The notes: generated by a model not told the origin, from the letters alone. Numbered from the stretch's first letter, positions 40,034 to 50,620 are shown. The stretch is DNA of 64,000 nucleotides from an uncultured delta proteobacterium (GCA_963792945.1 CAWBYM010000008.1:56792-120791); one strand, 5' to 3'. Translations and numbers: made by a program.

Positions 40034-43000
40034 CTACCCTTTTTCCAATTTAGACAAACTCACCATAAACGCTTTGTATTCAGGAATCTCTGCAACTGGA
40101 TCGGTTGCGGTGGAGACCAAAATATTGGCACTTTCTTCTGTACCGCCTATCGGCCAGCGCCACCCAAAATGAAATGGGACTCCCACTTGGTGAACGGTTT
40201 GCTCAGTAATTTTCAAAGGCTTAAAACGATGGGTCACGACAGCAGTGCATTCCAGTTGGCCCCGAGAGCTTTTTAACATTACCCGTTCCCCGGTGAAAAT
40301 CTCTTTTTCCTTTGCCAGTTCATGGCTTAATTCAACAAACACACGTGGCTGCAATTCCATGTTCCATGGTAGCATCCGGGTGACGGTATGCCAATGCTCG
40401 GTTACCCTATAGGTCGTGCAGACAATGGGAAACTGGGGATCGGCTTTCGCCGGCAAATCGACTTTGGGCGCGTATCGAAGAAGGGGCGGCCTGACTCGCG
40501 CACTCAGTGGATTTTCCATAATTGGGCTCTCGAGCGGTTCATAGTGTTCCGGGAATGGTCCATCCTTGAGTCCAGGAGTGAAAATCTGACCGATGCCGTT
40601 GGGCAGCATGATAAATGGGTATCGTCCCTTTTCGTTTTCGGATCCGTCAGGATGCAATAGCGGCATTCCCCCGCCATCGATAATGTCACCTTCCCATTTT
40701 CCGCCGACAAACCGGCCGCCCATAATTTCGCCGTCAAACCTTACAACCCAGCGCCGCTCGTCCCACGGCCTTCCCTTCGGGTCGACTGCAGCCCGGTTAT
40801 AGATTATCCGCCGATTCAACGGCCAAGCCCACGCGAATTTGGGATATCCTCCTATCTTGTTGGGAGCATCGAATTGTTCCTGCCGGGCGGATTGATTACC
40901 CGCTTCTGTGTAGCTGTTGCAATATAGCCAGTTACCACTGGAGGTGCTGCCATCGGCTTGCAGGTATAGAAAACTTGGGACCAGCGTGCCCTTCTTAAAT
41001 GCGGTTCCATCAACAGTCGTGTTCTCAAGGAAATAGCCGTTAATTTCTTTTGCGACTTTGTGAGGGTCGAATTTGCCGTCGGTGAGGTAGTCCCATTTGA
41101 GGTGGCGGATGGGTTCCGGAAACTTTCCGCCCTGCGCGTATATGCTCTTTAGCTCGTGGCCCAAGGCCATCAGGATATCGCCATCGGATTTACTATCGCC
41201 CAAAGGCGGTGGCCCCGCATAACGCCACTGCATCCAGCGCCCGCTGTTAGTCGCACTGCCTTCTTTTTCCAGTGGAGAGCATGCCGGCAGGCTAAAAACT
41301 TCAGTTTTGATCTTTTCGGGGGTCATACCCGGACCACGCCAAAAATCACTTGTTTCCGTATCAAATACATTGACGTGGACCATCCAGTCCAGGCGTGTTA
41401 GGCACTCTCGAATAATGTTCACATTGCCACATGTCGCTGCTGGATTCATTCCCCAGGCCAATAGGCCTTTGATGTCACCATGCCACATGCCATAAAACAA
41501 CTTCCACCAGGAGTAACTGCGATTATCGTCGCATTTTGGCATCCATTGGTAGCCGAACTCGTTCTCTTTTGTCGCCGCATTGCCGAACATTGATTTGAGA
41601 AAACTCACCGAGTATTTTTCAAAATTTCTCCACCAGTTCGTAGATCGCGCAACGCTGCTTTCCGGGGTATTATTATGGTTGTATGTTGCCAGGTTGTAAT
41701 CGGACTCTCGTGGTACACGAAGATATCCCGGCCAATTTCCAAACAGAAGGGCGTGGTCGGTTGATCCTTGCACATTGTTATGTCCCCGCAGCGCATTAAT
41801 TCCACCACCGGCAAGTCCCATGTTGCCCAGCAGTAATTGGATAATGCTCATTGCACGTATGTTTTGAACCCCTGTGGTGTGCTGGGTCCAACCCATGGCA
41901 TATAAAACGGTTCCCGCACGGTTAGGGGCACCTGTATCGGAGAATACTTCATAAACCGCCAACAATTGATTTTTGGCGGTCCCCGTAATCCGGGATACCG
42001 TGTCTAAATCATAACGCGAATAGTGCTTTTTCAACAGCTGATATACGCACCGCGGATGATTGAGCGCGGGATCACTTTTTGGCTGGCCATCATCGTCTTT
42101 TTCAAACGCCCACTTTTGGGTGTCGTAGCGCTCCTCATTGGGGTCAAATCCTGAGAACAGGCCATCTTCGAAATAAAACTGTTCATTTACGATGAGTGAT
42201 GCGTTGGTATAGTCGGTAATATAGGATTTTTGGTAGAGCTCCTTTGCCATGATATAATTGATCAAGCCACCGAGGAAGGCTATGTCGGTGCCGGATCTAA
42301 GCCGGGCGTAAATATCGGCTACCGCCGCAGTGCGTGTGAAACGGGGATCAACACAAATGATTTTGGCGCCGTTGTCCTTTGCTTGCATTACGTATCTGAG
42401 CGAAATGGGGTGGTTTTCGGCTGGATTGGCCCCCATAACCAGGATACAATCACTATTTTTTATGTCGATCCAATGATTGGTCATTGCGCCGCGTCCGAAC
42501 GACTCTGCCAGAGCCGCAACCGTAGAACTATGTCACAACCTCGCCTGGTGCTCGATATACACAAGACCAAGGGCGCGAAGTAACGCTTGGTAAAGCCAAC
42601 ACTCTTCATTGTTCATGGCTGCACTGCCCATAGAGGCGATATTGGGTGTCCGGTTGACCGTGTGTCCGCGTTCGTTTTTGTGAATAAAGCCGTTGTCCCG
42701 GGTTGTTTGCATGCGTTTTGCGATCCGATCAAGGGCCCATTCCCAGGAGACGGTCTTCCATTTCGTAGAAAAGGGGGCGCGATACTTCGGTTTGGTAAGT
42801 CTGTTTTCATTTTCGACAAACTGGTAGAGTGCCGCTCCTTTTGAACATAGCGCTCCCCGGTTGATAACATTGTCCGGATCTCCTTCAATGTTGATGGTTC
42901 GTCTGTCTCCATCAAGACGTGAATGGACTATTGCTCCGCACCCGACGGAACAATATGGACAGATAGTTTTCGTTTCCCGGGCGTTTTTAAACGTCAACTG

Positions 43001-43108
43001 CTGTGCGTACGCTTTTATAGGGAGAAGATCGAACCCTAACCCGCCTACCGTTAGGCCAGCGAATACCGATCCAGTCAGGCAGATGAATCTTCTGCGTGTT
43101 AGTTCCAT
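40034..43108 (-). CDS. fdhA: Selenocysteine-containing periplasmic formate dehydrogenase alpha subunit (Mo/W-bisPGD), 1024 aa
   Basis: Tat signal TRRRF; CPYCSVGC...C; EHQARL-TGA(42533-42535)-HSSTVAALAESFGRGAMTNHW joins the two track ORFs in frame; ALRGHNNVQGSTD. Confidence 0.95.
42498..42532 (-). promoter_or_regulatory. SECIS element
   Basis: Hairpin GCGGCTCT-GGC-AGAGTCGT starting about 15 nt downstream of the UGA. Confidence 0.7.
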
Positions 43109-43181
43109 TGCTCACCCTTTCGAAAAATCGAATTAATGGCAGACATTATCTTATCAATTAAATATCAAAGGCTTAGAAGCC

Positions 43182-43682
43182 TCAATGGTTTTTAATTTTA
43201 TCGAGATCTTGGGTTTGACTGTAGAACATTTCCCTTAACCATGGCCTTTTAAAGATCCGAAACGAAATCGACAGAAGAATGAAGATCATTGCTGCGCCGA
43301 GATGGGTAAAGGCCACGACCATCAACCCAACCATTGACAGGTTAACAGAAGGCAGGTTTTTAATCGCCGACATGATGCCTGTGATGAGCACCAAGCAGAG
43401 AACTGTCACACGAGCAATGCCGGTGATCGATAATCGGGCGATTTTGCTAGAGCGCCGGCTGTAGAGAATAACAAAATAAGTCGATACCATGAGAAGCGCC
43501 GCTCCAGACAGGTAGTGAACATAGAGAAGGATGAAAAAATCGGCCGACCAGCCGAATCCGGGTATATCCGATACAAAAAAACGGCCGTACAGCGGCATGT
43601 TTCCGAATCCGGTAAATATGGACACCATCAGCGCGATCAAATAGATCCATTTCATTCGAGTATTGAACCGATCATTGAGCAT
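43182..43682 (-). CDS. Four-TM cytochrome b-like membrane anchor
   Basis: Four hydrophobic segments, FTGFGNMPLY, His in LYVHY and FTHL; follows the Fe-S gene. Confidence 0.55.
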   Translation of the reverse strand: MLNDRFNTRMKWIYLIALMVSIFTGFGNMPLYGRFFVSDIPGFGWSADFFILLYVHYLSGAALLMVSTYFVILYSRRSSKIARLSITGIARVTVLCLVLITGIMSAIKNLPSVNLSMVGLMVVAFTHLGAAMIFILLSISFRIFKRPWLREMFYSQTQDLDKIKNH

Positions 43683-43684
43683 GG

Positions 43685-44662
43685 TCAATTCTCCTTCCGC
43701 CCTGAACTGTCGCCGGATCGTTTAAGCCAGACTGCGGCAACGATTGCACCGATTACCGGCCCGGCAACAAGGGCTGAAGCAAGGCTGTTTACAGTCGCCA
43801 TTGAGTTGGAAACACTCTTTAAGTGTGGTTGCCCGGGTCCGATGGTGATTGCGTCATTGAGCACATCGAAGGGGATCGGTGATACATAAATTGTATTAGT
43901 GCCACCATTTTCATATTCACCGTAAATAAAACCGCCGATCCTCCTGGCCAATTCATGAGCCCGTCTCACAATCTCGTTTCTCGGGCCGATTCTCTGCACC
44001 TCCTTGGGACAGGCCTCAACACAGGCGGGCAGCTCGCCCAGTTTCACCCGGTCGTAACATCGATCACACTTGAACATAACACCGTTGCCAGCGAAGTTCG
44101 GCAATACATTCAAATACGATCCCACGCCAGATTGACGCTCCGGGATCTTCCAAGGACAGACGGCCTTGCATTTGCCGCCACCCATACAGATGTTGGGATG
44201 AATGAGAACGATGCCGTTGCGTTGCGTAAAGGCGGCGCCAAAGGGACATAGATTGACGCAAGGTGCATTGTGACAATGCATACATCGCCGAGGAATGTGG
44301 AGTTCAAAGTGATCGCCCTTATATCGTCCGGTGGCTGTCTGAATCGTCAGCCAGTTGAATGGCGTGAGCCGCTCACGAACGGCCCGCTTTTCTGGCGATG
44401 TCCAATCGGCTATTTCCACCCGGTTACGCGGAAACTTTTCCGGAATAGGGCCCTCCATCACAGGGAATTTATGATTGTTGATATCACGGCACGCCTCCAC
44501 GCAAGCCTCGCAAGCAATGCATTGTCGTAAATCAAAAAGCGTGCACAATGCATCACCGTTAAAAGCCATTGCCGAATGGGGAAGCCATAAGCTGGATGCT
44601 GTTGCCACACTTCCTATCAGGCTGGTTTTCAAGAAGGATCGACGTGATATTTCCTTTTGCAT
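43685..44662 (-). CDS. Tat-exported 4x[4Fe-4S] protein (NrfC/DmsB/HybA-like) with C-terminal TM
   Basis: SRRSFLK; CIACEACVEAC, CMHCHNAPCVNLCP, CMGGGKCKAVCP, KCDRCYDR...CVEACP; GGTN..Y. Confidence 0.85.
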   Translation of the reverse strand: MQKEISRRSFLKTSLIGSVATASSLWLPHSAMAFNGDALCTLFDLRQCIACEACVEACRDINNHKFPVMEGPIPEKFPRNRVEIADWTSPEKRAVRERLTPFNWLTIQTATGRYKGDHFELHIPRRCMHCHNAPCVNLCPFGAAFTQRNGIVLIHPNICMGGGKCKAVCPWKIPERQSGVGSYLNVLPNFAGNGVMFKCDRCYDRVKLGELPACVEACPKEVQRIGPRNEIVRRAHELARRIGGFIYGEYENGGTNTIYVSPIPFDVLNDAITIGPGQPHLKSVSNSMATVNSLASALVAGPVIGAIVAAVWLKRSGDSSGRKEN

Positions 44663-44714
44663 TAGACTTCTCTCCCGATTTTTAGCCTCGCTCCGAATAC
44701 AGAAAAAAGAATAT

Positions 44715-45149
44715 TTACCGCAGATGACATCGCGTACAACTAATGGGCACAATACTTTGGCTTTGGTTTTGCCGGGTATCTATATGGCACCCGATACACT
44801 GGGCATGCAAGACGACAAGATAATGTTGTTTTTTTTCTTCTTGGGTCAGTCTCTCAGCTTCCTCAAAACGGGGGAATCCTTCATTGCTGTGGCACCCCTT
44901 GCAGAGTGTATCGACACGTTCCGCCCCAAATTCAAGATGGTGATGGCACCGGACACAGGATATCCTGTAATCGGAAAAATGTGCTTTATGGGCGAATTTA
45001 ACGGTTCCAGAATATATCCTTATGGCATCCACATGAGGAAAACGAAATTCAAATACATCCGGGAGGCTGTTGTCACCCGTGGCATTTATGTTGAAAAGAA
45101 AGAGAATCATCAATTGAATTGATAACCCAAGGACAAATTTTGATTTCAT
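44715..45149 (-). CDS. Tetraheme cytochrome c3 (class III)
   Basis: Signal peptide; VKFAHKAH; four CxxCH (CVRCHH, CKGCH, CIGCH, CTRCH). Confidence 0.88.
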   Translation of the reverse strand: MKSKFVLGLSIQLMILFLFNINATGDNSLPDVFEFRFPHVDAIRIYSGTVKFAHKAHFSDYRISCVRCHHHLEFGAERVDTLCKGCHSNEGFPRFEEAERLTQEEKKQHYLVVLHAQCIGCHIDTRQNQSQSIVPISCTRCHLR

Positions 45150-45228
45150 GATAGGTTCTCTTTTTTAAGCAGTTAGACGGTTAACGTAAAAAAGGTGCTC
45201 AATAAACCGAAGAATCGATTTGCCGCTC

Positions 45229-45981
45229 TTACATGACCCATTCCAGAAATACCAGCCAAAGAACGACCCCCGCCATCACGCCAGCAAAAACCCAGTTGGT
45301 CATTTGAGGCGGAAAGTCGGCCAGGCAATACAGGCGGCCGTTAAAACCGCGGCAGCGCATGGCACGATAGACCCGGTCGGCACGGGATGCCGCGCGCACA
45401 AAGAGCATGGCTACGAAGTAGGCGAACGTCTTATATGTGTGCAGGCTGGCGCGCGGACGAAAACCGCGGATTTTTGCCGCCCGGAGCATGCGCTGGTATT
45501 CCTGCTCGATGACGAATATATAGCGATAGGTCATCAGCAAGAGGTGGACGAATTTTCCCGAGAGGTGCAATCGGTCCAGTGCATGACCAAAAGTGGTAAA
45601 GTTCATGGACGTGATAAGAGCGATGAACGCCAGCAGAATGGCCACCGATTTGAGGGAGATCTGAGCGGCCAGGATCACCCCGGGCCGGGAAACGGTCAGC
45701 GGACCGATTCTCGTGAGAGCGTTCCCTTCGAAGGTTAACGGTAAAAGGATCCACAGCAAAACGAGAAAGACGACGACCACCAGAAGCCGCCGGGCAACGG
45801 CTTTTAGATTCAGATGGGCCGCCAATGTCAAACTGATAGCCGCAAAAAGTGCGGCCAGAAGAGTGGGGAACCGATACGATACGGCCACGAGAGACGAAAA
45901 CACGACCGCAGCGACCACCTTGAAACGCGGATCGATGTGGTGAATGACCGAATCGCCAATCGCGAAGGTTTCGTTGAACAT
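45229..45981 (-). CDS. cbiQ: ECF transporter T component CbiQ/NikQ
   Basis: S.IH.IDPR.K, LLMTYRYIFVIEQE..R..RAAKIRGF, LFVRA..RADRVYRAM.CRGF. Confidence 0.9.
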   Translation of the reverse strand: MFNETFAIGDSVIHHIDPRFKVVAAVVFSSLVAVSYRFPTLLAALFAAISLTLAAHLNLKAVARRLLVVVVFLVLLWILLPLTFEGNALTRIGPLTVSRPGVILAAQISLKSVAILLAFIALITSMNFTTFGHALDRLHLSGKFVHLLLMTYRYIFVIEQEYQRMLRAAKIRGFRPRASLHTYKTFAYFVAMLFVRAASRADRVYRAMRCRGFNGRLYCLADFPPQMTNWVFAGVMAGVVLWLVFLEWVM

Positions 45982-46110
45982 CGGGCACCGAATCAACAAC
46001 CTGCTCAATCATACGGCAGACTGGATTTATGGACCGCAAGGTTTTAATGCAAACGGGCACCAGTTACCCTGTTAAGCAGGGCGCCAGGCACCGGCTGAAA
46101 GGTCAAGCAT

Positions 46111-46839
46111 TCAAGATTTCCGGCGCCGGGCGCTGAAATAAGCGGCGACCCCGATCAAACCGAAGATGTACCCGATCCCGCCGAGAATGTCGTTGACCGA
46201 AGGCCCACTCTGACGCGTATCAACCAGCAGTTTCATGACCGGTTGTAACTTTTTGTCCAGTGCCGCCTCGACGACTTCCTGAATCTGGGCGGTTGACACG
46301 TATCCGGTGGGGTCCGAATTGCCGCTCACTCCGGGAGCCCCAGTCATCGCTTGATCCGAAGCGGTTGCGACGGGTTGCTTTGCGTCGGGTTCCACCGCTT
46401 GAGGCGGTGTGTCGATACCGACACCTTCAAGGTCTGAAAGCAAAATTGTCCACTCGCCCTTGTGGCCCATCCCGGCCTGCAGTACGATTTTCATTTCGGT
46501 TATCTCGGGCACTTTAAAGGAAAATTCGCCGTTGTCGTCCGTCACACCCTTCAGAAGGAGATTGCCTTGGGTGTCGTAAACTTCAACGGGTGCGGCCACC
46601 GGCTTTCGTCCGCCGCTGAATTTGCTCTCGACGTGCACTGTTTCCCCATCGACCCATGCGAAAACGGTCACATTGTGAGCCATCGCCTGGCTGCAGACGA
46701 GCAGCGATATCACAGCCATGACGAGTGACATCTGTCCGACATTTTTCTTTTGGTGCCGCATTGTCAATTGAATAAAGAACATGATGCATTCCCACCGCTC
46801 CCGGTTGATGAAAACTTCCCTATGGCTCATTGATATCAA
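46111..46839 (-). CDS. Additional ECF component NikL/CbiL-like
   Basis: AHNVTVFAWVDG...FSGG, G.TDDNGEFSF, AGMGH, DILGGIGYIFGL.G; true start probably further downstream. Confidence 0.7.
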   Translation of the reverse strand: MISMSHREVFINRERWECIMFFIQLTMRHQKKNVGQMSLVMAVISLLVCSQAMAHNVTVFAWVDGETVHVESKFSGGRKPVAAPVEVYDTQGNLLLKGVTDDNGEFSFKVPEITEMKIVLQAGMGHKGEWTILLSDLEGVGIDTPPQAVEPDAKQPVATASDQAMTGAPGVSGNSDPTGYVSTAQIQEVVEAALDKKLQPVMKLLVDTRQSGPSVNDILGGIGYIFGLIGVAAYFSARRRKS

Positions 46840-46860
46840 TCGATTTTTAATCGAACAGAT

Positions 46861-47457
46861 TTATGGCAGCATGGCCGGTTGAACCTTTTTGAGAAACGCC
46901 ACACTGAATGACGTCACGATGCCTTCGATAACCATGACCGGCAGATGAGCCGTTACCACCAGTTTGGCAATTTTTAGAAAATTTTCTCCCGTGAAGAGGA
47001 GCGCGAGGCCGACAAGTAAACCGCTCATGAGGACCGCAAAAAAACCACAGCTGAATCCGGCGACCAGAAGCATTTTTTGGCTTTTTTGTAAAAGCGGGGA
47101 AAAAACATAATAAACGCTGACAGCCGGCAGTGCCATAATAACGGTGTTAACGCCCAGCGTGGTAATCCCACCGAACTGAAAGAAAACGCCCTGTAGCAGC
47201 AGGGCGACCACAATTGCCGGAAACGCGGCCCACCCCAGCAGCAGTCCCACCAACCCGTTCATGATCAGATGGATACTGACCGGACCGAAGAGGGGTACAT
47301 GGACCAAAGATGCCACGAAGAAGGCCGCCGCCAGGATGCCGACCTGGGCGATTTTATCGTAGTCGATCTTTTTGAGGCCGATCACCGTTCCGGCTGCGGC
47401 AAGAACAGCACCGGAAATCAGTACCGGCCCGGATAGTACACCTTCGGAGATATGCAT
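46861..47457 (-). CDS. cbiM: ECF transporter S component CbiM/NikM
   Basis: Metal-binding N-terminus MHISEG; FFVASLVHVP, FQFGGITTLGVN, HLPVMVIEG. Confidence 0.92.
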   Translation of the reverse strand: MHISEGVLSGPVLISGAVLAAAGTVIGLKKIDYDKIAQVGILAAAFFVASLVHVPLFGPVSIHLIMNGLVGLLLGWAAFPAIVVALLLQGVFFQFGGITTLGVNTVIMALPAVSVYYVFSPLLQKSQKMLLVAGFSCGFFAVLMSGLLVGLALLFTGENFLKIAKLVVTAHLPVMVIEGIVTSFSVAFLKKVQPAMLP

Positions 47458-47550
47458 GAAAGTTCCGTCTCTTCCAATGTGGATGGCCGATCGGCGCCAG
47501 CGTTTTCAAACGAATCGATCCGATGCCAGACAAATCGCCATACCGGTTCC

Positions 47551-47748
47551 TCAATCCGGCAGCACTTCGAAAATAATTTTGTGATCTACCAGATGCATTC
47601 CTTTGATGCGCCCTTTTATGTATTTCTGGTCACCGAAAATATCCACTATCCGCCAGGTATCAGATCCCTCTGGTTCGACAATGTCTACGGATTCCATAAT
47701 CAATTTTTCGCTCCCCTCCTTGATGAGGTATGCATTGGCTTCACACAT
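47551..47748 (-). CDS. CooT family nickel-binding protein
   Basis: MCEANAY...IMESVD...DIFG...LVDHKI. Confidence 0.82.
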   Translation of the reverse strand: MCEANAYLIKEGSEKLIMESVDIVEPEGSDTWRIVDIFGDQKYIKGRIKGMHLVDHKIIFEVLPD

Positions 47749-48178
47749 GTTTCATCACCTCTTTTATTTTTTCAACCGCCGCTTCAACCAAATGCGGCAA
47801 CGGCGCCCTGTCCAATCCGACAATTTCCACCCTTTCTTGAGTTATCGGTAGAAGCACTTTAACAGCCGAACAGGACATGATGGCTTCAGCCATCTTCGGA
47901 GTCAGCTCGCCCAACATGGCGTTGGCCCATGTAATGGCGATGGGGCCGATAATACAATCAACTTCGGCAATCGTCCGGCAAATCGCATTTTCACCGGAAG
48001 CCCCCTTGTTGGCCCCCGCTTTCAACATTTGGGCCGTTGCAATGGCATTGGTTCCCAAAGCAATCAGCTCCACCTGTTCGCCCAGTTGAGCTTTCAGATA
48101 TTTGATCAGCGTTGAGCCAATTCCCCCGCCTTGTCCATCAATCACGCAAATTCGTACCAGCAATCGCGATATCTCCAA
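47741..48178 (-). CDS. DUF3842 family protein
   Basis: VIDGQGGGIG, ALGTNAIAT..MLKAGA..GASGENA, MLGELTP.MA. Confidence 0.85.
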   Translation of the reverse strand: MEISRLLVRICVIDGQGGGIGSTLIKYLKAQLGEQVELIALGTNAIATAQMLKAGANKGASGENAICRTIAEVDCIIGPIAITWANAMLGELTPKMAEAIMSCSAVKVLLPITQERVEIVGLDRAPLPHLVEAAVEKIKEVMKHV

Positions 48179-48334
48179 CCATCAGCATTAAAGAGCCACG
48201 AGGCATCGAATTTCCAATTTTGTTAATGAAAACATTTATAACCCGAAGAATTCGCGCACCTCAATCTATCACCTGCATTGCCGGTATACGCAACAACTGT
48301 CTATAAATCAATGCCTACAGAATTTGGATTACAA

Positions 48335-49543
48335 TTAAAATTCACATGTCGCTCGCACACCGGCGATCCAGCCGTCCACGTTGTTCTCACCGAGCACGCA
48401 CGTGTCCTGCATGTACTGCAAATCGAAGGTCAGGGAGAGATAGTCGTTCAGTCCGAAGCTCACATAGGCCTCGGCCACCTGGCTGTTCTTCAGGCTCTCC
48501 TCGGTCTGCTCGGCCCCGTCCAGGTAGGCGTAGCCGATGCCGATGTTGTCCTGCTCGCGACCCCACAGGTTGCCGCTGATATTGACGCCGCCCGAGAACA
48601 GGTTGTCATAGTTGACCAGGGCGTCATCGGTCTGGAAGCCGAAGCGGATCCAGGCGCCGAAGGTCTCTCCCAGGGCCTGGTCGAAGGAAAAAAGCAGGCA
48701 CTGTCGCCTTTCCCTTGAGGTACCCTCAGGATCGGGGAAGGCCTGACTGGAAAAATTATAATTCACCCGGTAGTGGCCCTCCCCCAGGTCGGTCTCCAGG
48801 GTGTAATTAAATTGAGCTCCGTAGAAGTTGAAGTTGTTGCCGTCGTCGTTTTCCCCGATGTTCATGTAAACCCCTCTGACTCCGTAAGGGCCGTAGCCCC
48901 ACTCCACCGCACCGCCGATGTCCCAGGAGGGTAGGAAGGCGTTCGGCCCGTTGGTCAAGGCCTCGTTCATGAACTGGGTGTACTCGTCGTTGGCGTAGGC
49001 GTTGTCGTCCAGGTAGTCGGTGGCGTCGATGATCCCGCCCACCAACCCCAGCGTGTGCTCCTCGCTGAAGGTGAAGGTGTGCTTGTACCAGGCCTGCAGC
49101 AGGTAGTCGCGGTTGCGGCCGTTGATGTCTTTGACGTCGTCTTCCACACCGGCCGCCCAGGGTGCCAGATTGAAGGAGGTCACACCGGCCAAACCGTTGC
49201 CGGCGCCGAATCCGAAAAGAAAGAAAATTTCGTCGTTTTCGGTGGGAGTGATGCTGACCTCCGGCTGAAACGAAATCGCCCCGCGGCCGTTGTCGTCGAC
49301 ATCCGGCGGACCGTCGACCCATTCGTACTGGTAAACACCCGATAACACTCCACCGATGGACACGTATTTAGCGATGTCGGACAGCGCGCCGAACTCCTCT
49401 TCAGTTTTGGCCAGCTTCTGCTCCAGCTCAGCCACCCGCTTCTCAAGCCGGTCGACTTCCTGCGGGGTGGCGGTATCCTGCGCCCTGGCATTTAATGTCG
49501 AAATAGTCAAAAATATCCAAATGATCAAAAGGCGTCTTGGCAT
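48335..49543 (-). CDS. Outer-membrane porin (OprB/carbohydrate porin-like) in the Ni/Co operon
   Basis: Signal peptide, coiled coil, D.NAYANDEYTQFMN.AL, WGREQD.IGIG, EAY..F, TFDLQY, terminal F. Confidence 0.75.
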   Translation of the reverse strand: MPRRLLIIWIFLTISTLNARAQDTATPQEVDRLEKRVAELEQKLAKTEEEFGALSDIAKYVSIGGVLSGVYQYEWVDGPPDVDDNGRGAISFQPEVSITPTENDEIFFLFGFGAGNGLAGVTSFNLAPWAAGVEDDVKDINGRNRDYLLQAWYKHTFTFSEEHTLGLVGGIIDATDYLDDNAYANDEYTQFMNEALTNGPNAFLPSWDIGGAVEWGYGPYGVRGVYMNIGENDDGNNFNFYGAQFNYTLETDLGEGHYRVNYNFSSQAFPDPEGTSRERRQCLLFSFDQALGETFGAWIRFGFQTDDALVNYDNLFSGGVNISGNLWGREQDNIGIGYAYLDGAEQTEESLKNSQVAEAYVSFGLNDYLSLTFDLQYMQDTCVLGENNVDGWIAGVRATCEF

Positions 49544-49628
49544 GATTGTTCCCCCTGCAAAATGAAAATGGGGCCTATCGGCCGTTTTTCTCGATCATGT
49601 CGGTGAGCCGTAACTCATCGCGTCGATA

Positions 49629-50405
49629 TTATTTTGACTGCCAGGGCTCAAAATGCACCCAGAGAACGGCCCCGATCTCGACCCCTTTTTCCTGGCCTTC
49701 ATGTTGGATGGTAAAGTCGGCTTCATTCAGGGCGGCAAAACCCCACCATCCGGCCCTGGGCGCCGCGTAGGTGAAAACCCCGTTCTGATCGGCTTTAATG
49801 GTCTGGGTAATCATGACATCGGTGGGAGCGACGGCATTCTTGTCCTTGTTGTAGTATTCGATCTCGACTTCGGCATACGGCACCGGTTTACCGTCCAGCT
49901 TGACGAGGCCCTGGAAGACATTGCCGGCGTAAAGTCCGTAGGGTTTCGACAGGGGCACGATCTCTGTTTTCAGGCCGACTTCTGCGTCCCACCCCTCGTC
50001 GTCGCCGAAAGCCGTCACCACCGTTTTGGTGTAGTGGATAATGAACACATCCTCGGCCGATTCCCAATAGGGCTGCGGCTCCATAATAAACATATAGACG
50101 CCCGGGCGCTTGATTGTGTAATCTGACTGCCAGGCCGAATGATCCATGACCTCGATCGGTTTCAGCGTGTGGCCAAGATCCCCCTGTTTACCATTGGCCA
50201 CCACCCCAAAGGATTTTGGTTTGACCAGATCCATGCCGACCATTTCCATGGGGTGGGAAAAGGAGAGTTGCAGGGTGACGGTGCGGTCGTCTTCCTGCAT
50301 GACCATGGAATCCGAGGGGATCACCATACCGAAATGACCGAAGCTGTGACTTACCGACAACAAGAGCAGTGCCATGGCCAATATGAACCGAACCGATGAT
50401 TTCAT
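49629..50405 (-). CDS. DUF4198 periplasmic Ni/Co uptake component (NikK-like)
   Basis: Mature N-terminus HFGMVIPS, FSHP.E, PYWE..ED.FI.HYTK, EIVPL.KPY, GWWGFAAL. Confidence 0.82.
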   Translation of the reverse strand: MKSSVRFILAMALLLLSVSHSFGHFGMVIPSDSMVMQEDDRTVTLQLSFSHPMEMVGMDLVKPKSFGVVANGKQGDLGHTLKPIEVMDHSAWQSDYTIKRPGVYMFIMEPQPYWESAEDVFIIHYTKTVVTAFGDDEGWDAEVGLKTEIVPLSKPYGLYAGNVFQGLVKLDGKPVPYAEVEIEYYNKDKNAVAPTDVMITQTIKADQNGVFTYAAPRAGWWGFAALNEADFTIQHEGQEKGVEIGAVLWVHFEPWQSK

Positions 50406-50560
50406 CTTACCTCCTCTACGTTAATGTTCACTGCAATCCCGTTGGTCCTTGAAATCCGCGGCGTTATGGCCGCTCATGACGCGACAGGATGGTATCAGCA
50501 AGGCCGATGGGATTTCGGCTTTACGACGATGTCGGTCCGGCCTCGATCCTCAACAGCCAC

Positions 50561-50620
50561 AAATAAAAAAGCCACGCGGCAACGGATCCTTCGCGGGGGA
50601 ATCCAGAGCCTTCGTGGCTT
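50561..50620 (-). terminator. Terminator/attenuator hairpin in the 5' leader of the Ni/Co operon
   Basis: Reverse strand AAGCCACG...GGATTC..GGATCC...CGTGGCTT followed by TTTTATTT, between promoter and first gene. Confidence 0.6.

Noticed and set aside
42533..43108. Separate 191-aa gene or fdhA pseudogene
   Set aside because: The stop is the selenocysteine UGA; the frame continues into the 816-aa ORF
38315..45237. GTCATG at the end of cbiQ and start of cbiO as a target-site duplication of the fdh cassette
   Set aside because: Only 6 bp, includes an ATG, and precise excision would fuse cbiQ and cbiO in frame; likely chance
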